In this document: positions 33,744-40,525 of the stretch, piece by piece | Layout of the letters: each line of letters begins with the position of its first letter | Numbering within the stretch: the stretch's first letter is position 1 | Source: Catajapyx aquilonaris | Lineage: Eukaryota | NCBI GenBank assembly: GCA_000934665.2 | Contig: JYFJ02004766.1 | Location: 1 to 40,525 of the forward strand | Direction: 5' to 3' | DNA: 40,525 nt | The notes under the pieces: generated by a model | Databases searched by the model: none | The model's input: only the letters and a program-made list of their open reading frames with translations | Told to the model about the DNA's origin: nothing | Program-made: the position numbers and the translations under genes

Positions 33744-36700
33744 GTAAATTACCGGTTCCATATCAGCAGTCTGTGCCATGTGCTTCTCAGGATCTGGTTT
33801 CAATCCTTCTACGTCCCTAAGCAGAGCTGGGTCTGCTCTGAAGAAGTGAGGGTACGACAAGAGGATGGGTACTCCTGTGCACGGCTGGATGTTGTACAGG
33901 CCAGAGAGTGGACACTGCTGTTGGTCAAGTGAAGTACCGCTGCAGTAGCATGCGTTGTCCGGGTTCTCGTCCGGGTGTGACCAGCTGTTACGGGGAGCCA
34001 CGAATCTGGACGCTGTGAAACCGCAGCTGACCACTTCTCGTTCGTACTCCAACGAAACTGACCTGAAAAGTACCAGTGTCGTACTACAAATCATACCGCA
34101 AGTCCTGCTGACAATAAATGAGGTGTACCTGCACACATCTCTGTAGAAAAACTGCACTTTTCCGGATCTCCTTCCGTACAGAGGTGGGAATAGTGTACCG
34201 TCCGTACCGTTGATCATGTTGCAGTACTTGTCCTTCCACGTGGTCATAGTTGCAGAACCACGGTAAGACCTGATGCGTCCGATCTGGTCGATGTCATTTT
34301 CGCCTGTGTCCACGCTTATTGGGCCATATTTTGTGCCATTTTGCTAGAAAAAATTATTATTGCACTCGATATGACAAACGCAAGTTCTCCGCAATTTTTC
34401 ACTGACAACAATACAGTTATACTATTACGTAGAAAGGAATATATATGGTGCTATATTTCAAAAATAGATGGGATAGAACATTACGGAAAAACCGAAAATA
34501 AGGCCCTTTTTATGATATGACCTTCGTTCAATTTTCTCGTGTTTCACTCCACATCCTTCTCCATTATTTTCAATTGCATAATGCAATTCACATGCAGTAA
34601 TAACTCCACGTAGGTACAATTTTCTCACCTGTTTTAACCTTCTTGTCATTTAAAAAAAGCCTGCTTCCTCAACAAGATGTATATAAAAAATGTGACGTAG
34701 CAAACAAAATTAACGGACATGCATCGGCAGGAAAATTCACGACTAAAATATTTTTTCAGGGTAATATGTATGGGTTTTTAAAACAGCTCATAATTGAAAC
34801 TCAATATTCTTTAGCCTGATTTACTATTTTATGGTATTTTTATAGAGCTGGTCATGTCGCAGCAATGGAAAAGATGGGAACGGTCATTTTTTTCTCTCCA
34901 TCACCTCACGAACCCATGATGTAATATTTCTGTATTTCACACCATGCATTACGTTAACAAAAGGGTACATAAAAATGATTATCCTGATGATATCCTTACG
35001 TTGCATAAAGTTGGACGTTGAATAATTGTTGAATACGTTCCCAAAATTATATCTACAAAAAACTCTTACACACCATTACTGGTTATAAAAATTTAATAAG
35101 TACCGGTAACGAAACATGTCAATAAAATAACGATAAAATAATATAGGAACACTGATAAAAATTATAAATAATGAAACACGCCAATAAATTAAAAAATAGA
35201 GAAAAGCTGATAAAATAAATTAATAATGAAAAAAACAAATGTTAATAAATGATAAAAATAATATGTAATAAATATTAGTTGGCAAGAGTTGCTACAATTA
35301 ATTATTTTGGCCACATAACCAAATTGAATCACCCAGAATGGAAAGGGCATAAGTCCACCTTTTGGTCAAAATGACTTTTTCGCGGAAGGATACTCTTCAG
35401 CATGGAGGGCATAAGATCCAGTATGAGAGGGTGCGAAAGTCCCCACCCATATGCTATATTTTAGCATGTCAGAATTGCCTCCAGAATGGCAAAGGGGAAA
35501 TACCTGGACTTACACCTTTTCCATGCTGAAATTGCTGCTTCGGAATGAAAAGGCACTTATAGTCCATCGTGTCATTATCCGGTAAATACCTACATGTATT
35601 ATTCAGGGAAATGTTGAAGTAAAGTGTTTGCCTATATCAATGAGTGTTTTATTTTGTGTTACTTATGTTATCATGTGACAGAACGGCACAGATTTTCTCA
35701 TCCTGCCATCTTTCAGAATGAAAAGGACGTAAGTCCCGTCCCTTTAAATCGCTCTCACGCATCTGTCATGACGCGTTTTCCACCGAACTCTGCTCAACAA
35801 GATGCCAATGTCGACTAAGATCAACATTCCCGCGAGTCCGACCAACTTGACGAATTTACAATGCCGCATTTCAGTTTTTTGTCTCCCCTGTAAAATTTTG
35901 TCTCATGGACTTATGACCTTTCCATTCTGGGTGATTCAATTCAACAATTCAACGTCCAACTTTGCATGATCCAGTAGATGCTCAAACAAAATATTTAACG
36001 TATTGTACAGTAAGTTAAATAGTTCTTTACCAATATTTACTCAGTATTGTAGCCTACCTAAATTGCGCATCTTACAAATTCTCGTTAGATAATAAACCTT
36101 GGATGGCGCAACACCAGTTGCATGGTCACTCCGGATAAAAACACAATATGAAAATTATATGCATTGTTATTGGTGTTTGTGGTATAGTTGGGATCGTATA
36201 GTTGATGGATTTTAAAAATACAATTGTGCATTTTCCTATATACGTCTCAGTTAATTTAACTTCAACCCGTTTGAGTGTATGGCAAGTCATTCTTGACGTA
36301 TATAGAAGCGGAAATGTGCTGAAGGTTGCTTACCCCTCCGGCTAATGAGAATTTTCCATTCTGAGGCATGTTGTCAGCCATGTTGAACAACTTGGCGTAC
36401 GTCATAAGAGGGTTGTCGTACCCTTCGAACAGGATCTCTTTGGCTCTTCTGGTGACAAACAGCGACTGATTGAGCTGCTTCAAAACCATGTTCATGAAGT
36501 ACCCGCTCATCCTCCAATCAGCGAAACTGTGCATCCTTGACACAGCCATCTGTAAACAAAATCAATCCTCTTTTGTGATCATAATTAGAAGGTTGCGACT
36601 CTTGTCATTGGGTGTAATTGATGGGAGTCAATTTGCGCTTACAACAAATGGCACGTTGATTATGGTGACAAGGTCGTCCTCGCTTCCTTCAGACAAATGG

Positions 36701-37399
36701 GGTTGAAACTGGAACGTGTCTGATTCCATATATGTCACTGTTCCGTTGCTGTTCAGTGTTACGTTGTGTCTCTTCTTCCATTGGCTGGAATGATCAGGTT
36801 TGTAAGCATTTTAAAATAATTATTGTCTTGATATTAACGAGTTTACTTACTAGTAAGTGTAACTGCCCATTTCCTTGAGCTTTGGTTTGGCACCATCAGT
36901 CTTGACCTCTTCCGGATTGGTGACGTTAAATAAATGGAACTTTGTGGTGACTGGAATTGGGATATCTTCCCACACGTACCACATTTCGGATCCAGGATAT
37001 AAGTACAATTTCTGCAATTGACAATAATTACTTTGTGTCAATAGCCACTCAAAAAAGTGCAATTAAAATTGAAATTAATATAATATTTTGCTATAATATT
37101 TGAGCAACGAATGAAGTATAGAAAAGTCAATCATTTTGCTTCACGAATCGATATTTCACTGGCAAATTGAGATGACGGATTTAATCCACTTTAAGTGAAC
37201 TTACGTTTTGCATGTAAAGTCTGACAGCCGTCGGGAACAAGAAGTACTGTATAAAGAGAGAGAATAGGATGAGAGTGCAACCCACGACCTGCACAGTCCA
37301 AAATGATGGTGTCTTCTTATTCCTCATCCTCTTCGTGTACAGTGCGCTACTGTGATGCTCTGTATACAGTACACTCCCAGCGGAAGAATATATCCTCAT
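32790..37399 (-). CDS. CD36 / scavenger receptor class B family membrane protein (SCARB/croquemort/ninaD/SNMP-like), 8 exons, ~522 aa
   Basis: Exons 37399-37205 (alternative start MRNKK at 37327), 37011-36851, 36784-36643, 36549-36334, 34343-34129, 34062-33753, 33179-33054, 32993-32790 (1569 nt). N- and C-terminal TM helices. CD36 hallmarks: WEDIPIPVTTKFHLFNVTNPEEV...KPKLKEMGSYTY, LFEGYDNPL, CNMINGTDGTLFPP, FYRDVCRS, NACYC...CPLSGLYNIQPC.GVPILLSYPHFFRADP, VEGLKPDPEKH, FPIMWI. Confidence 0.95.
33324..33742. repeat. Nested foldback bounded by (ATCA)n/(TGAT)n microsatellites in CD36 intron 6
   Basis: Two hairpin units with AACACACTTTCGAGACAC...GTGTCTC arms (33395-33470 and 33526-33600), enclosed by (ATCA)n-TTGGTGGTAATGGTGGTTTTCAATCA and TGATTGAAAACCACCGTTAC...(TGAT)n. 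Confidence 0.85.
35322..35941. mobile_element. ~620-bp non-autonomous DNA transposon (MITE) in CD36 intron 4
   Basis: TIRs AATTGAATCACCCAGAATGGAAAGGGCATAAGTCCA (35322-35357) and TGGACTTATGACCTTTCCATTCTGGGTGATTCAATT (35906-35941). Internal subterminal repeats GAATG(G)AAA(A)GG.CA.AAG. Confidence 0.85.
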
Positions 37400-39827
37400 A
37401 TATATCCACCACTGATGACGTCATGATAATTACTCCAGCTCTTTTTTAAAACATAAAGAACCTCAAGGGCAACGTACAACACGCAATTAAATATCACTGC
37501 GTGCCAAAAGAAAGGTCAGTTTTGCAAGGATGTAAGCAAAAAATAATTAATATTTCAAAATCGGATACTTTTTAAATGCCAGTACACCCATGCTCTTCAC
37601 TTAATAATCTGTTAATGGCACGGTAATTGAATTTACGTCAGTGTATGTTTTTTAAAAAAATAATGAGTTGCTTTATTAGCAAGACAAGAGCTTGCAAAAG
37701 ACGAGAGACTAATAAAAAATTAATTTTTGAACAGTAAGCATTCAGGTAAATGAATCTATATGATTGTGTAACACGTACTTCTAACACAATACTCGAGAAT
37801 TAAGTGCCATTTATTTATTCCATCTAATGCAATGTATTTGAGCGCGCAGAAATTCTATGAGAAGACCTTATGACTAGGCAAATGATATTTTTTTTACTGC
37901 TACCAGAAAATTTAGCAATGTAACTTTTTCCTCTTGTAGATCATTATGATTGTCTCGGGCTTGTTTTCAACATTTTTGCGAATTATGGTGGAACGCTACC
38001 TCATGCGGAACATTATAATAATGACAGTCGGCCACTACAGCATTTTATTCATATCATGGAAACTCTGACGCAACACTTGTCATTTTGTGGCCGAAGACAG
38101 TTATATAAAATATTAATGTTAATTATTATGAATAGACATGAATGTCTACTTAGTATAGGATGTACAGCACATAGCATCACATAAAATATCCAAACCAAGG
38201 TAAAAGAAGACAATGCAGAACACTAAAACACGCACGTCTAAAAATGAATGCATTGTACTTTTGTAAAATGTATTTATGCGAGGTACAAAATAATGTATGC
38301 ATGAGAGACACTGAACATGCAACATGCTGGAGAACAACTAATAAGACTGAGGGCACATCCCTGTTTACACACCCTGTGTACTACAAACCCGAATAATTAT
38401 TATGGTGGAGTATGACCGTATATGACCCATCATGAGATGTGCATGAAGTCAATATTAGACGTACGAGCCTGTAATCACAAAACATTATCACTTAACACAA
38501 AGCATTTCTTATCCTTATGTGCATAGAAAAAGCCATGTAAGGCGCCATGGATGTTTAAAAATATGAATCCTTGTCATGGGAGGTAATTTTTTAAATATAT
38601 CGAGAACCTTCCGTTTCATGTTTCGATAAAAAGGTGTAACCGATGATTTTCTCAATGCGCACATACAATATTGCGAATATGTTTACATACATCAGTGAGT
38701 ACAATACTCCGATGACAAAAAATCAATGTCCTTAAATTCACCTTTCATTATCGCTTATTTATACAGTACCGCAATAGACTGAATTACACAAACTAAGGTT
38801 TGAGTAATTTGCACCTCTTCGAATACGTATCATTAAAAGATAATACGATAATATTTTTTTCTATGTTACTTACAGTTTTCGTGTAGTTCTCTGAGGTATA
38901 AATTATGATCACTGCATATCGTCCGAAGTTATTCTCCGCACATTCATTACTACTGATCATAATAAATATATTCTGTAAGAAATCCATTCGCATTCGACAC
39001 GAATACAGGACATGGCGCAAGTGCACCAAGCAATAAAAACAGCTCACTCAATATATAGCCTACAGTCGTTTAGAATGTATACACAATAGACGTTTGACTG
39101 TCTGGCGGTGATAAACTTGTGCTGTAGACTGTCCTATTGTATCATTATTATAGTGTCACTTGTTATTATTTTCAAAACGTTGACATTCCAATCAAGGAGC
39201 AGTACTTTTTTTCTTGTATATAATTACATGAATATTACAAATTGTGTACAGTGTACTACAGTTTTTTTGCTATGCGAGTATTACAGCTATAAATTGGGGG
39301 TGACATTTATTGCATTCATGTGCATCACACAAGGAAATGCACACACTTGTCACATCCAGCAGCACGTGTCACCGTTTCCCTCGTATGGAATCACGAACCA
39401 TTACTATCCCACACTAAATCGCAACATGCAATAAGCACACGACACGCAATCCAACTCATAAGGGGGGGGGGGGGGNGGGGGATTTTTACCTATATGACCA
39501 ACGTCAATTAGCGCTAAGTGACAGCCGTATATGAACATCCCTGAACTGCTGAGAAAATTAAGCAATTTTTTGCATGACATTTGCAAAGCAATGACTTTTA
39601 GTATGACCTTGCAAAAAAAAAAACATCGATGTCATCTTCAGTATGGAATCGTTCAAATTGCAATATTGCTGATACATGTTGCCTATAGGACTAATACAGA
39701 AAAATTCAGTTTCCTCATACCCTGAATGTGTACCTTCCGTGTGTTTATTACTCAACTTCCTATTTTGCGCTCTGATAGCAAATAAGAAATTACAGGTCAT
39801 ACGCATAACACACGTACGCACCGGACC

Positions 39828-39865
39828 TATAAAAACCAGAGACTTTTCCATGTTTTTTATCAGTT
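39828..39865 (+). promoter_or_regulatory. TATA box + arthropod initiator core promoter of the small secreted protein gene
   Basis: TATAAAA at 39828-39834 and TCAGTT at 39860-39865, ~60 nt upstream of the ATG. Confidence 0.75.
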
Positions 39866-39922
39866 CACTCTCATCCAGCTTACTAGTAACAGCCACTAGT
39901 CAACTTTATACATTTAACTGCC

Positions 39923-40290
39923 ATGGATATCAAGGTAAATATGCGCTTCACTTTACCCTATGTTAATTACTGCAATTGCTCTGTACTTTTTTTTTCCAGG
40001 TTCTGTTGCTTTTGGCTGGGGTGTTGGTGTGTGCTTATGCCGGAGGTCACTCCCAGCACAAGTATGGGTTTTCCATAAAGGGCAAGCATGGTTCCTCCAA
40101 GGTGGTTGCAGGGGCAGATGAGCACAAGTACAGCTTCCAGGTGGATAATCACCACAAGGACGGAACCAGTTACATCAAGCTTAGCGGAGACAACACTCAC
40201 CATGGAGATCATCACGAAGGAGGTCACAAGGGTCACGGAGGTGGAGGAGCCGGTTTTGGCGGTGGTTTTGGAGGATTTGGTGGGTTCTAG
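39923..40290 (+). CDS. Small secreted His/Gly-rich protein (100 aa precursor); cuticular-protein-like or Gly/His-rich antimicrobial-peptide-like
   Basis: Exon 1 39923-39934 (ATG GAT ATC AAG|gtaaat), 65-nt intron ending ttttttccag, exon 2 40000-40290. Protein: MDIKVLLLLAGVLVCAYA (signal peptide) GGHSQHKYGFSIKG...HHGDHHEGGHKGHGGGGAGFGGGFGGFGGF*. TATAAAA, TCAGTT initiator and AATAAA (40325-40330) lie in the expected positions. Confidence 0.88.
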
Positions 40291-40525
40291 TCTGGTGTTG
40301 TTGTTGTGAGATCAAAGTTGTGAGAATAAATTATTATTGACACACACATTTGCAGCTGATATTTATTGCATGTCATTTTCTGTTTGGTAGAGTTTCTTTT
40401 AGGTCTATGAAATATTAGCGTCTAATTAATATTATTAATTAAATCAAATGAACCATATTTTGCAAAAGGAGCATAAGTCAAAAATTGTCGTTTTACAGCT
40501 TATTAGCTGGGGAAAAAAATTACAT

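Overview
Eukaryotic (animal, most likely arthropod) genomic DNA; no prokaryotic operons, CRISPR arrays or rRNA/tRNA genes were seen. Positions ~1-18.7 kb form a gene-poor tract of MITE-like foldback elements, Helentron/SINE-like relics, GA/AT microsatellites, poly-G/C runs and enhancer-like motif clusters. Positions ~18.9-37.4 kb form a compact gene block, mostly with 42-70 nt introns: CDC5L (+, 7 exons, 820 aa), a chemosensory ionotropic receptor (-, 7 exons, ~590 aa), DNA polymerase theta/POLQ (-, 19 exons, ~1879 aa) and a CD36/scavenger receptor class B gene (-, 8 exons, ~522 aa). A small TATA-driven secreted His/Gly-rich protein gene (+, 100 aa) lies at the right end. Exon models were built by hand from GT-AG boundaries and frame continuity. 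Most notable: (1) a 45-bp tandem array in CDC5L intron 4 made of copies of its own branch point and 3' splice site, (2) a Pol theta with very short polymerase insertion loops, (3) no canonical polyA signal between POLQ and the IR, and (4) long near-perfect hairpins.
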